Origin: Syntrophales bacterium
GTDB lineage: Bacteria > Desulfobacterota > Syntrophia > Syntrophales > PHBD01
DNA: 64,000 bases
NCBI GenBank assembly: GCA_963668175.1
Contig: OY764159.1
Coordinates: 2,080,001 to 2,144,000, forward strand
Direction: 5' to 3'
This document shows, one piece after another, positions 44,753 through 54,521 of the stretch (the stretch's first letter is position 1; every line of letters starts with the position of its first letter). Under the pieces are notes generated by a model. That model did not search any database, had not been told where the DNA came from, and saw only the letters and a list, made by a program, of their open reading frames with translations. Position numbers and translations under genes: made by a program.

Positions 44753-47245
44753 ATGAGAATATCTGCGGAATCGAAGCGGCGGGCGTTCGCGCTGTCGCTG
44801 CTTTTCATCCTTTCGGGCTGCGCGAGTTTCAAGGACATCGAACCGACGGACGTCTACTGCAGCATCGCGCCCTGTCCCGGCTACACGGAGTATAAAAAGG
44901 CGGGCGAGCTCTACATTCAAAGCGAAGTCGACGAGGCGCTGACCAGGATAGACGCCGCCCTGAAGGCGGCGCCGGGCCAGAAGAAGTACGGGGCCCTGAG
45001 GGTGGACATCCTCAAGCGGCTCCAGTATTTCCAGTTCCAGGAAGACTGGGAGGCGTACGGCAAGATCCCGAAGGGGGACCTGGCCAAAAGGTCGGCGTCG
45101 CTCAAGGATCTCAAGTATAAGACGGCGGCCTACGAGCCCTGCCGCGATGCGGATGACGCCGCGGCGAAGGTGGATGAGGAAAGCAAGGCCGTTGCGGCGG
45201 AGACGGAGGCGTTGAGCGACCTGCCGAAGAAGACCGGCGAGGCGGCCGCCAAAGGGGATTGCGACGGACTCCTAGCGCTCCTCGCCAAGGCGAAATATTA
45301 CCGGGCCTACCTGGAGGCGAACGGGAAGAAGGCCCCCGCCATCGAGGACTACCGGACGGAGCTGGAAGGCTGGATCGACAAGGAGTACGCCGCCCACAAC
45401 TACCGGCACGTCGTCTGGATCCTGAACAAGATGGACGAACTGGCCGGCGGAAGCGGCCTGGCCGGGAAGCGCCGCGCGAAGTACGCCGCCTTCTACAAGG
45501 CCAGGGGGGACGAGTTCCTCCGCAAGGGCCGGATCGCCACGGCGGTCTTCTATATGGCCCTGGCCGACCGCTTCAAGCCCGGAACGGCGGACAAGGCTGT
45601 CGTCGAGGGGGCGCAGAAGAGGCTCGCGGACTACAAGGAGAAGCTGTACGTCGCGATCCAGGGCGGCCCGGACGACAAAAAGACGAAGGAAAGCCTGGAA
45701 AACGCTGTCCGCGAAAAGATGGCCGCCGCCTTCGCGGGATATTTCGGCCGCGCGCAGACCCTCTCCGAGGCGACGGTTGCCGTGACGGTCGGCATCGACC
45801 GCCTGGAGAACGCCGTCGAGCAGTCCAAGACCCGGACCATGTATTCCAAGTTCGTCTCCGGATACAACAGGGTTCCCAACGACGACTATTACCGGACGGA
45901 GCGCCAGCTTCAGGATGCGCGGGCGAGGCTGCGGCGCCTGGAGCGGCAGAGGACGGACACGTGGGCCGGGGCCATCGTGAGCGGACTCGCCCAGGGCGTG
46001 CAGGCGGCGGAAGTGACCAACCTGGAGAAGAAGATGGCGAGCGACGACGTCTACGACAAGATACCGATCCTCGTCGATTACAGCTACCAGCGGACGGACG
46101 TCAAGATCGCCAACGCCGTAGGGCTTTCGTACCGCATCGTCGACATGAAGCGGAAGAAATCGCTCAAGGAAGACACCTTCGGCGAGACGGGCGGCGAGGC
46201 GCTCTCCGTCCTCGAAAACGTCCATCCCGAGGACAACGGCGGCCTGGTCAATTCGACGCCGTTCGATCCGGCTGCGAAGAAGCAGGAGTTCGACGAGTTC
46301 GCGGCAAAGGTCTTCCAGAAGGCCGCCGACAACATCGCGGGGGACGCGTCTGTCCTCTTCGACGAGCGGGCGAAGGACTACGCGGGGCTGGGCGAACTGG
46401 CCGACGCCGTGGACAGCCATCTGACGGGGTACATCCTCAAGGCGGGCAAGCTGCCGGACACCCTCTTCGACGCACTCCCGAAGGACGCCGCCGCCCGCAT
46501 CGACGACCTTTCGCCCCAGTCCGGCCTTGCGAAGAAGCTCGCGAAGCGGACCGCCGTGCAGATGCAGTTCGCATCGCGGCTGAAGACGACGACGATGACG
46601 GCCAGGGCCTCGGAACCGGCCGCGAAGGCGGCGGTGACGGCGAAGGCAGCGGATGGGGACGGCCCCGCCCTTGTCGAGGGCAGCAGGGGCAAGATCGTCT
46701 TCGTCAAGAACATCGCCAAATCGGGGATATCGCAGGGCAGCGGTTTCCTCGTCTCGCCCCGGGGCCACGTGGTGACGAGCCACCGGGTCGTGAGGAATGC
46801 GACTGCGATCGTCGTCCGGACGTCGGACGGCGCGGAGCACGTGGCGAAGGTGGTGAAGGCGGACAGCGCAAGCGACCTGGCGCTGCTCAAGGTCGATCTC
46901 AGCGACGCCCCGTTCTTTAAGCTCTGCGACTCCAACGCCCTGACGCCGGGCCAGGCGGTGGTCGCCGTCGGCAGCCCGCAGGGGGCGGAGCAGGCGGTTT
47001 CCCGCGGCGTCATCAGCGAGCTTGCCTATATGACGCCGGCCAAGTCGAAGGCGAAGCTCCTCGTCATCCGGACCGATGTGCCCGCCATGCAGGGAAACGG
47101 CGGCGGGCCGCTGCTGAACGAAGCCGGGGAGGTCGTGGGCGTCCATGCGCCGGGCCTCGACACGGGCGGGGCCGATAAGGAAGCGGGCCTTTGCGCCGTG
47201 GCGACGGACGAAATCAGGAAGCGCCTCCAGAGCGTCTTTCCGTAA
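44753..47245 (+). CDS. Lipoprotein with C-terminal trypsin/HtrA-like domain (catalytically degenerate)
   Basis: Lipobox LSGC; GSGFLV, VTSHRVV, DLALLK and GNGGGP motifs. Confidence 0.85.
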   Translation: MRISAESKRRAFALSLLFILSGCASFKDIEPTDVYCSIAPCPGYTEYKKAGELYIQSEVDEALTRIDAALKAAPGQKKYGALRVDILKRLQYFQFQEDWEAYGKIPKGDLAKRSASLKDLKYKTAAYEPCRDADDAAAKVDEESKAVAAETEALSDLPKKTGEAAAKGDCDGLLALLAKAKYYRAYLEANGKKAPAIEDYRTELEGWIDKEYAAHNYRHVVWILNKMDELAGGSGLAGKRRAKYAAFYKARGDEFLRKGRIATAVFYMALADRFKPGTADKAVVEGAQKRLADYKEKLYVAIQGGPDDKKTKESLENAVREKMAAAFAGYFGRAQTLSEATVAVTVGIDRLENAVEQSKTRTMYSKFVSGYNRVPNDDYYRTERQLQDARARLRRLERQRTDTWAGAIVSGLAQGVQAAEVTNLEKKMASDDVYDKIPILVDYSYQRTDVKIANAVGLSYRIVDMKRKKSLKEDTFGETGGEALSVLENVHPEDNGGLVNSTPFDPAAKKQEFDEFAAKVFQKAADNIAGDASVLFDERAKDYAGLGELADAVDSHLTGYILKAGKLPDTLFDALPKDAAARIDDLSPQSGLAKKLAKRTAVQMQFASRLKTTTMTARASEPAAKAAVTAKAADGDGPALVEGSRGKIVFVKNIAKSGISQGSGFLVSPRGHVVTSHRVVRNATAIVVRTSDGAEHVAKVVKADSASDLALLKVDLSDAPFFKLCDSNALTPGQAVVAVGSPQGAEQAVSRGVISELAYMTPAKSKAKLLVIRTDVPAMQGNGGGPLLNEAGEVVGVHAPGLDTGGADKEAGLCAVATDEIRKRLQSVFP

Positions 47246-47567
47246 TGCCCGGTGCGGCAGGCGGGCGGTTTTTCAAATGGCGGCAGGCGGGGACAGACGG
47301 TCTGACGTTTTGTCCCCTCGCGCCTGTCCCGAGGCGGCGGGGAACCGGGACCGCGACGATGCGGCCCGATCCGGGCCGCGCGGTGACTTTCCGGTCTCGA
47401 TACGAAAAGCCGTTGCATCATAAAATCCCGCCTTCGCCAACCGGGGGACGGTTTCCCCGGGGGTTCATTCGCCTTCAAAGTCAATCCGGATCGCATTCCC
47501 GCCGATCGTTTAAGCAAATCCCGGCCGGTGCAGCCCTCGAACCGATTTGCATCCTGTCATACCTGTT

Positions 47568-47670
47568 TGCGAAATATCGCACCGTTATTTGCGAATATTC
47601 GCATAAACCATGACGAAAATTTCCTAACATATTAATATTGCGTAATTTATTGTATGGCATAGTCTATGCT
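47568..47670 (+). promoter_or_regulatory. Sigma54 promoter with two palindromic enhancer sites
   Basis: TGCGAAATATCGCA (47568) and TGCGAATATTCGCA (47590); TGGCATAGTCTATGCT at 47655-47670. Confidence 0.75.
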
Positions 47671-47706
47671 TTATATAAGTTCAAAAAAGCTGCGAGGTTG
47701 ATAAAA

Positions 47707-47997
47707 ATGAAATGGCTAGAGATCGTGACTTTGCAGGTTGCCGGGAACAACCGGGAGATCGTGCAGCGAAAAATCGCCGGCTTGATGGATGTTATGGACT
47801 CCAACAGCGGCATAGAAAAAGTCAACGTATACCGCCGTGCCATGACGGGAAACGACGTGAGTGTCCATCTTCAGTGGGAATCGGAAAGTGTCAGCCCCCA
47901 GGGAAGCGCGCTGGGCCTCTGCCTGTGCAGCGCCCTTGCACAATACGGCCTCCTTTCGCACGAGGTCTGGACGGATAGCGGCAGGAAAGCCCTGTAA
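47707..47997 (+). CDS. Small hypothetical protein
   Basis: GAGG RBS; 96 aa MKWLEIVTL...; directly downstream of the sigma54 promoter. Confidence 0.75.
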   Translation: MKWLEIVTLQVAGNNREIVQRKIAGLMDVMDSNSGIEKVNVYRRAMTGNDVSVHLQWESESVSPQGSALGLCLCSALAQYGLLSHEVWTDSGRKAL

Positions 47998-48018
47998 CAA
48001 AAGGGGATGTTCCTTTTT

Positions 48019-49245
48019 TTAGAAGGTCTTCCCGGCGAATCCGTCGTATTCGTCGGCGTTTGCATCCATGGCCTTCCCGTCGACATCCACGCCGCCGAAC
48101 TTGAATACCCAGTGCGACGGATCGATCAGACCGTTGCCCGAAGCGTTCTGGCTGATCGTAAAAGAGACCGTGGCCCGGCAGGTCTTCGGGTCGTAAGTGA
48201 CGCTTTTCGGCAGAGGCGGTATCGCGATTTGCCTGTCGGCATCCTGCCGCATGCCGTTGTTATAAACCCCTGCCGTACCGCCGGCGGCCTTGCCGATGGA
48301 CCAGTTCATCGTGTTTTGCACCGAAGAAGGGTCCATCTGCCGGTCGAACTGAAACGCCATCGTGAATGTCTGCGACGCCCCCGGTGTTGCCAGCCTGTAA
48401 TCCAGAAAATAGAGGGGGGTGTTCGGCCCGAATCTGGACTGGAAGTCCGGTTTGTCGGCGCTCCCGCTTTTGCCTCCTTGCGTCATCCGGGGTTTTATCG
48501 CCGTCGACTGGATTTCGTTCGCCAGGGAACGGCCCAGATCCGTATGAAGATCGTTCAGCGCCTTGACCTGCTCCAGCGCCTTGTCCGTCTTGCCCAGACC
48601 GATATAGGCGTATGCCATATCGGCATAGGCATACTCGAATTTCGGTTTTATCTTGACCGCCTTCTGGAATTGTTTGACCGCCTCGTCGTATTTCTTCTGT
48701 TTGTTGTAAACCTGCCCAAGGCCGTAATACCCGGCTTCGTCGCCGGGGGCCAGGTTGATCATCGCGCTGAATTGAGCCGCCGCGTCCGTCAGGCGGTCGG
48801 TGGCCAGATAGATGCTTCCCAAATACTCGCGGGCGTCGGCGGATGAAGGCGACAGCTTCGATATTTTGAGAAATTGCTTCTCGGCGTTGGCATAGTCTTT
48901 GTTCTCTATGTAGGCTTTGCCGAGATTCTTCAGGGCGTCCGTCGAGGTCGGCTGCGCCTGCACCGCTTTTTGCAGCGTCTTCATGGCATCGTCGGCCTTA
49001 CCCAGCTTGTTGTACGCCGCAGCCAGGTATTTGTAGGCGTCCGTGTACGTCCGGTCGTACGAGATCGCGGCTTTGAATGCCGTTACGGCTTGCTGAACCT
49101 TATTTTTCTGCAAATAACGAATTCCCGCCGAATAAGCTGTTACGGCATAATCGTTATGTTGCGACTGGAGTCCGTCGAGGGAGGAAGTCGACAGGCCGGA
49201 TGAAGAGAAAAGAGAAGCGGAGATCAGATTGTTAAGACTCGACAT
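48019..49245 (-). CDS. TPR-repeat protein with C-terminal beta domain
   Basis: AAAGGA RBS; about 6 TPR motifs. Confidence 0.88.
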   Translation of the reverse strand: MSSLNNLISASLFSSSGLSTSSLDGLQSQHNDYAVTAYSAGIRYLQKNKVQQAVTAFKAAISYDRTYTDAYKYLAAAYNKLGKADDAMKTLQKAVQAQPTSTDALKNLGKAYIENKDYANAEKQFLKISKLSPSSADAREYLGSIYLATDRLTDAAAQFSAMINLAPGDEAGYYGLGQVYNKQKKYDEAVKQFQKAVKIKPKFEYAYADMAYAYIGLGKTDKALEQVKALNDLHTDLGRSLANEIQSTAIKPRMTQGGKSGSADKPDFQSRFGPNTPLYFLDYRLATPGASQTFTMAFQFDRQMDPSSVQNTMNWSIGKAAGGTAGVYNNGMRQDADRQIAIPPLPKSVTYDPKTCRATVSFTISQNASGNGLIDPSHWVFKFGGVDVDGKAMDANADEYDGFAGKTF

Positions 49246-49482
49246 ATGGATCCTTTCTATATTACCGAACCGGCAAAAACGGAATATTTCGGAAAACACG
49301 AAGATCGGGCGGCGTCTGTATTATCAGGCCTTGCTGCACGCTGTTATGCAGAGGCGACGGATCGATTCCTTCATCGAAATCGCGCGGGACCGGACATATG
49401 AGAAAAATATGACCTATACCCGGGATGAAATCGGCAATAAATGCCGGAAACGCCCTTTCCGTGTACCGATTGCAGTCATATA

Positions 49483-49498
49483 AGCATTAGCTATGCCA
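49483..49498 (-). promoter_or_regulatory. Putative sigma54 -24/-12 element
   Basis: TGGCATAGCTAATGCT, about 240 bp upstream of the TPR gene. Confidence 0.5.
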
Positions 49499-49714
49499 GG
49501 AGGGAACTTCGGGGATTTCCATGGGCCGGGATCGATCTCTTTCGCTTTTCTCCTATGATCTTATCGTGAAAAACGGTGCATCCCGGAGATCAGTGGATTG
49601 CATGATCGGACTGGCAAGCGGAAAGCAGGTTCTTGCCAGTCCGAATATTTCCTGGTGTGTTTTCAAAATATACCGGGTCAGGACCGATCCTTCTCCTCGC
49701 GGGCTCCTTTGACC

Positions 49715-51205
49715 CTACTCAATGTTGATAACGACGGTATAGCAACCCGTAATGTTGCCGCCCACCTCCTGCTCTATGCGCAGGCAGAAGCTGGTTCCTG
49801 TCTGGACTTCTTCCGGCGCTGTGATCTCAAGCTTAAGCGGAATAGGCTTCTTGGCTTCTAAAGGAATTCGCTTGAGCTGCTTCCATGCGACCGTCTTCTC
49901 GGTAATATTGGGAAGGAACGTATGTTTGTCGCGTCCCTGAAGAAGTTCGAAGTCCGTATCTCGTGGGCGTGTTGAGGGGCCCCATACCTTGCCGAAAAGT
50001 TCGCTCTGTTTTTCCGCGGTCAGATCGATGGGACGACGGTCGCCCAACGTGAATTGTACTTTTGGCAAGGCCACTTTCGGCGGGAAGCCAAAGACCGGCA
50101 AACGAGGCAATGATGTGAGACGGATGCGCAGGTCCGCATTGAGTTTCTTGATACCGTCGAACGGCAATCCGAATGCCAATTGCAGTCTCTCCTTGGATAA
50201 TCTCCTCAATCTGATCACGTGCACGTTGCGGGCGGCGATATTGTTATCCCAGTGAATAGTGAAAGGGTAAACGAGCGGGTCCGGATTGGTCGAGTCTTGG
50301 GGATTGTCGTTGACGTATGCGACGGCGAGAAGACACTGGTGCGCAGGGTTTGAAACTCCGGGCACCGGGGCCGGGGTCCAGTTGACGTATGGCGCTTGGA
50401 CACTTGAATAGGCCGGCACCGTGAACGCGTTCGTCGGGTTGGGATGGCCCGCCGTTCCCGGAATCATCTGCCAGCTCGAGGGGGCGAAGCCGGCATTCGG
50501 ATCGGCCCAATAATAGCGCGCTCGTGCATTGGCGATGTCGGCGCTGCCGCGATTATGAACCAACACCCGGACGCGGTTTACCGTTCCGAAGACCGCGTTT
50601 ACATTCGCCGACCCATAGGGGGGCGCGTCTACGAAGATGTCCGGGCTCGTCCATAACGAGTAACTGAACTGCTCGCCGTTGTCATCGCCGGCATCCCGAA
50701 TCCAGAGGTCGCCAATCCCTTGCAGCGGTAATATCTGTCGGAAGTAGGCGAGGTTAGAGCCATAATGAGGCGTGATGAGAGGTTCGAGGGGGATATGCAC
50801 GTACTCGGCCATGCCGCCCCATTTGCTGCGAACCTTGGTGCAGTTGCCCGTTGAATTTACCTCCCAGACCCGCCCGGTGTGCGTGGTTACGTTCCAGGAA
50901 TCTCGATAACGGATCACGTCCCCGCGTCGAAGAGAACCGTCCGCCACGGGGACGCAATTATCGTTGATGATCTGATCCACATCGCTGGAGCTATCAATCC
51001 TGTAGCGCCGGGGCAGGAAGGTGAATCCCCAGCAGTTGTACCTCGCAGTATGGCCAAGTTGTTCCTGACTAAGATCAAAATGCGTGTAATATTGGACCAT
51101 GGGAACAAGGTTCGGATCGGTTTCATCGGTCACCCCGTCGTCGTATTCCTCTACATATTGAAGCTCGACGCCGGCTGCTGTTTTAATACCTGAAATGTAT
51201 GGCAT
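49715..51205 (-). CDS. Hypothetical multidomain protein; N-terminal Cys/His papain-like domain
   Basis: YNCWG...GDVI.Y...THTG...SKWG; DLWIRD...WTSPDI module; AAGGAGG RBS. Confidence 0.75.
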   Translation of the reverse strand: MPYISGIKTAAGVELQYVEEYDDGVTDETDPNLVPMVQYYTHFDLSQEQLGHTARYNCWGFTFLPRRYRIDSSSDVDQIINDNCVPVADGSLRRGDVIRYRDSWNVTTHTGRVWEVNSTGNCTKVRSKWGGMAEYVHIPLEPLITPHYGSNLAYFRQILPLQGIGDLWIRDAGDDNGEQFSYSLWTSPDIFVDAPPYGSANVNAVFGTVNRVRVLVHNRGSADIANARARYYWADPNAGFAPSSWQMIPGTAGHPNPTNAFTVPAYSSVQAPYVNWTPAPVPGVSNPAHQCLLAVAYVNDNPQDSTNPDPLVYPFTIHWDNNIAARNVHVIRLRRLSKERLQLAFGLPFDGIKKLNADLRIRLTSLPRLPVFGFPPKVALPKVQFTLGDRRPIDLTAEKQSELFGKVWGPSTRPRDTDFELLQGRDKHTFLPNITEKTVAWKQLKRIPLEAKKPIPLKLEITAPEEVQTGTSFCLRIEQEVGGNITGCYTVVINIE

Positions 51206-51216
51206 ATTGACCTCCT

Positions 51217-51633
51217 TTATCGCAGCAAGTCCTGTGTTTCGATCAGTTCGGCGCGCGAATAGACAACTTCCAGAGGCTTGATCGGTAGTTGAAATGCGGA
51301 TCGAATAGCGTGTGCCGCAAAGTGAACGAAGAATGGGCCCGGTTTCTCCAGCGACTTGAGAAATAGCGAGCCAAGTACCTCCGGTGCGGTCTTCGCATTC
51401 ACATTCTCAATGATGAAGGCAAAGGCTGAAAGGGTAATCTCATCGAGATGCTTTGACTTACTGGTTTCCTCGGCAATAATCGGAATGACCTCCTTCCCGG
51501 CTGCTATCACCCGTTGTATTATGGGGTCAACCGCAAATATCTTACGCAGAACATAGGGTGAACTGGCGAGTTGCGCCTTCTTGATGCTTGACGAGTCACG
51601 AAGGGTGGTTATGTCTTTCTTCGGATCAGCCAT
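51217..51633 (-). CDS. Hypothetical protein
   Basis: GGAGGTG RBS; operonic with the downstream gene. Confidence 0.7.
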   Translation of the reverse strand: MADPKKDITTLRDSSSIKKAQLASSPYVLRKIFAVDPIIQRVIAAGKEVIPIIAEETSKSKHLDEITLSAFAFIIENVNAKTAPEVLGSLFLKSLEKPGPFFVHFAAHAIRSAFQLPIKPLEVVYSRAELIETQDLLR

Positions 51634-52161
51634 GTTTCACCTCCATAATAAATCGTTCTCATTTTTTAACCTGCCATTCTTCTTTGAGACGAGTTTCGGA
51701 GAGATTTCACGTTTTTTAAGAGACTTTTTCACCTCCCTTCTGCCGGCTTGAAGCCCGGCGGAAAATGGCCCGGCGGGATTCAGGGTGAATCCAGTCCGTC
51801 ATAGCATTCCCCGTCGGCGCTATTGGTCTTTTCGGTCGTTCTCCTGCGCATATTCCTGTCCTCATCGGCATCAGGCAGACTCCCCGTCTTCCGCATTATG
51901 GTCAAAACCGATGTGGATGGTTCTTTGGATGAAACAGCCCGAAACACGCCGATGATTGTAATTGGTCTTCCGCCACACGTGGCCCGAAGCAGAATCGAAT
52001 CAGGTTGAGTATTCGAGAGAGTGCCGTCTGTAGAGGAATAAAAGGGAGAGTAAATGTGATATGTTCAGTGAACTTTATGTAATAACAATCTGTTTGTCAA
52101 TAGATCTTTGATCGATATGCAAACAGTATATCCAGGTACCTTTGATTCTCTCTCATTACCC

Positions 52162-52204
52162 TAATTCCGGGGGGATACATCTCCCTGGTCGGGGGACGCG
52201 GTAC
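52162..52204 (-). repeat. Inverted copy of the Rhs inter-cassette repeat
   Basis: Reverse complement reads gtaccgcgtcccccgaccagggagatgtatccccccggaatta. Confidence 0.7.
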
Positions 52205-52516
52205 ATGAAGATTCAATCTTTTCTTTACCCCTTACGTGTTTCGGTCACGGCTTCCGGCGCGTGACGGTTCTGCCGGGCACAAAGGACATCCGGCCGGCAA
52301 TGGTCGCTGCCTGAATGTTCTGACGCTTCGTAATGGGCATCCTCGTGTCCCCGCTGCCGGACCGTGATTTTTGCCCCGTCCTCAAGCGAAATTCGGTGGA
52401 TTTTCGGCTTGATCCCTGATAAAAGGACTTTTCGCGTTTCCGCGGCCCGGCAGGGGAGGTTCCCGATGGGTTTTGCAACTGCCGGAGATAAAAGGATATC
52501 GTAAAGGGAGGAAGCA

Positions 52517-52903
52517 ATGGGATCGAAGCTGAGGCAGACGCAGGACGCCAAGAAGGCGACATTCACGAAGAACCTTGAGGCCCGGGTGGCCCTCCTGATC
52601 TCCAGGGGGATCGATAAGAAGCGGATCGACAAGGACACGATCATAAAGAACCTGAAGGCCAACATCGAGGCCGTGAACAGAAGGCTCGCAACCATCGACG
52701 CCAACGAGAAGAAGACGGCGGATCTGGCCGCGGCGAAGGCGGCGAAGGCGGCCGCGCCCAAAGCGGAGGCGAAGTCCGCCAAGGAGGCGAAGATCGAGGA
52801 AGCTCCGAAGAAGGAAAAGAAGGAGAAAAAGGCCAAGGAAGGCGCCCCCGCCGAGGCCAAGGAAAAGAAACCCAAGAAGGAAAAGGCCGCTCCGGCGGAA
52901 TAA
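52517..52903 (+). CDS. Lys/Ala/Glu-rich hypothetical protein
   Basis: GGAGG RBS; host-like codon usage; hairpin at 53010-53039 downstream. Confidence 0.8.
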   Translation: MGSKLRQTQDAKKATFTKNLEARVALLISRGIDKKRIDKDTIIKNLKANIEAVNRRLATIDANEKKTADLAAAKAAKAAAPKAEAKSAKEAKIEEAPKKEKKEKKAKEGAPAEAKEKKPKKEKAAPAE

Positions 52904-53100
52904 ATGTAAGGTTAATATCAGGGAGTACGGTTTTGGGAAGGCGGCTGAAAACAGCCCTTCTAAGTAGTTAAGTATAAATAAACAAACGATTTATTCAATA
53001 TGATCCGATAAAGGCGGGACGATGGCGGTCCCGCCTTTGCTGTTTTTTACTGCTCCGATTCCTGCCGCAAGTCCAGGAAAAATGGTAGCGCCGGCCTCCT

Positions 53101-53330
53101 GTCGAGGAGATTTACAGATGCTGGTTGTTCTTGCAACTTACTGTTATGTAGAAGTTAATTCGATTATTCATGGTCCCTGGAAGAGCCGGCAGGCCGGATA
53201 GTGGAAAAATTATTTACACATGCGGAAAGCGCCCTTTCGATGCCTTGAGCCATAATATGAGTAATATATCACTGTAGGGATCGAAATGCTGGCAAAGCGG
53301 GCAGGAATAAGGATTTGGTATGCAAATTGC
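53101..53330 (+). promoter_or_regulatory. Sigma54 promoter with TTTACA enhancer half-sites upstream of the PEP-CTERM gene
   Basis: TGGTATGCAAATTGC at 53316-53330; GT..N..TTTACA at 53101-53116 and 53201-53218. Confidence 0.7.
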
Positions 53331-53376
53331 GACTAGGAACGACGGTGAAATAAAAAAAAGCTATCGAGGAGGGAAC

Positions 53377-54168
53377 ATGAAAATGAAGTTTAAAGTTGCC
53401 GTGCTCGCGGCGGTCGTTCTGCTGTTCGGGCCGTTGTTTCAGGCCGTCGCCGTTTCCGAGACCCTGGACTTTACGAGCCTGTTCGGAGGATACACCGGAG
53501 GCGGTTATGATTCGCTTGTCTTCAACGGACTCACGATCACGTCGCGGACGAGCGTAGGTACGGGCATTGCGGACCCGTGGGGACCAAATCCGCCGGCCAG
53601 AAACGGCGTGCCCGGCGATGTCTATTGGGGCAACCTGGGAAATCTGGATGTACAGAATCAGAATTACTACGGACTGGGCGTCTTGACCAACGGGCAGGCC
53701 CCCTCCGACACGACGGGGCCCATCACGTATTCGGAGGTTCTGATTTTCCATTTCAGCAAGCCGCAGAACGGTCAGGCCGTCGGCCGGCAGGTCGGCTTCA
53801 CGGTGCTGGGATTGAATGCGAATCCCTCGGGCAGCAGTGCGGCGCCTGCGGACAGTATGCGGGTCTGGATCAAGGTCGCCAGCGGAGAAGTGACTTCCGT
53901 GGACATCAACGCCGGAGCCATCGGGATATTCGGCCCCGATTACGGAACCGCCATCAGCTACATCCTGCAGTACTCGAATTACGCGGACGAAAGCGTGACG
54001 GATTTCGCCATCGAGCAGACCTGGGGCAGCGCCACCAACCCCAACCGCCGGTTCGGCATCGGCAGCGTCACCTACGCGGCGGACCCGGTGCCGGAACCTG
54101 CCACGATGCTCCTTCTCGGCATGGGGCTGGCCGGTGCGGCGGTTCTCCGGAAGAGGTTCATGAAATAG
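53377..54168 (+). CDS. PEP-CTERM sorting-domain protein
   Basis: GGAGG RBS; signal peptide; VPEPATMLLLGMGLAG...RKR. Confidence 0.93.
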   Translation: MKMKFKVAVLAAVVLLFGPLFQAVAVSETLDFTSLFGGYTGGGYDSLVFNGLTITSRTSVGTGIADPWGPNPPARNGVPGDVYWGNLGNLDVQNQNYYGLGVLTNGQAPSDTTGPITYSEVLIFHFSKPQNGQAVGRQVGFTVLGLNANPSGSSAAPADSMRVWIKVASGEVTSVDINAGAIGIFGPDYGTAISYILQYSNYADESVTDFAIEQTWGSATNPNRRFGIGSVTYAADPVPEPATMLLLGMGLAGAAVLRKRFMK

Positions 54169-54194
54169 AGACAATCCAGTAAGAATCTTAATCG

Positions 54195-54229
54195 AAAGGC
54201 AGGGCCGGCGACGGTTCCTGCCTTTTTTG
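54195..54229 (+). terminator. Rho-independent terminator
   Basis: aaaggcagg...cctgcc followed by a T-run. Confidence 0.75.
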
Positions 54230-54521
54230 TTTCCGCCGCTCCGATCCCTACGGCGATGCAGGGCCCCGCCGTTCGCCCGCGGCCGGAACATCCGTCTCCG
54301 ATCCGCCGACACGATGCAATGCCCCGCCGGGCCGTCCATGGTCCGCCCCGGGGACGGACGGCATCCGTAAAAAGGGTTGACGTACCGCCCCGCTTTCCCC
54401 TATAAACTATTGACAAACAATGTCGAACAGATAGGCCGGGGTCGCGACGCAACGGACGCCGGAAGGCCGCGCCGGCCGCCGGTCCGGAAATCGTGCGACT
54501 GCCCGCAAGGAGGCTTAACCT

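Noticed and set aside
45259..47146. 553-aa and 624-aa overlapping ORFs
   Set aside because: Arg/Gly-rich shadows of the lipoprotein gene
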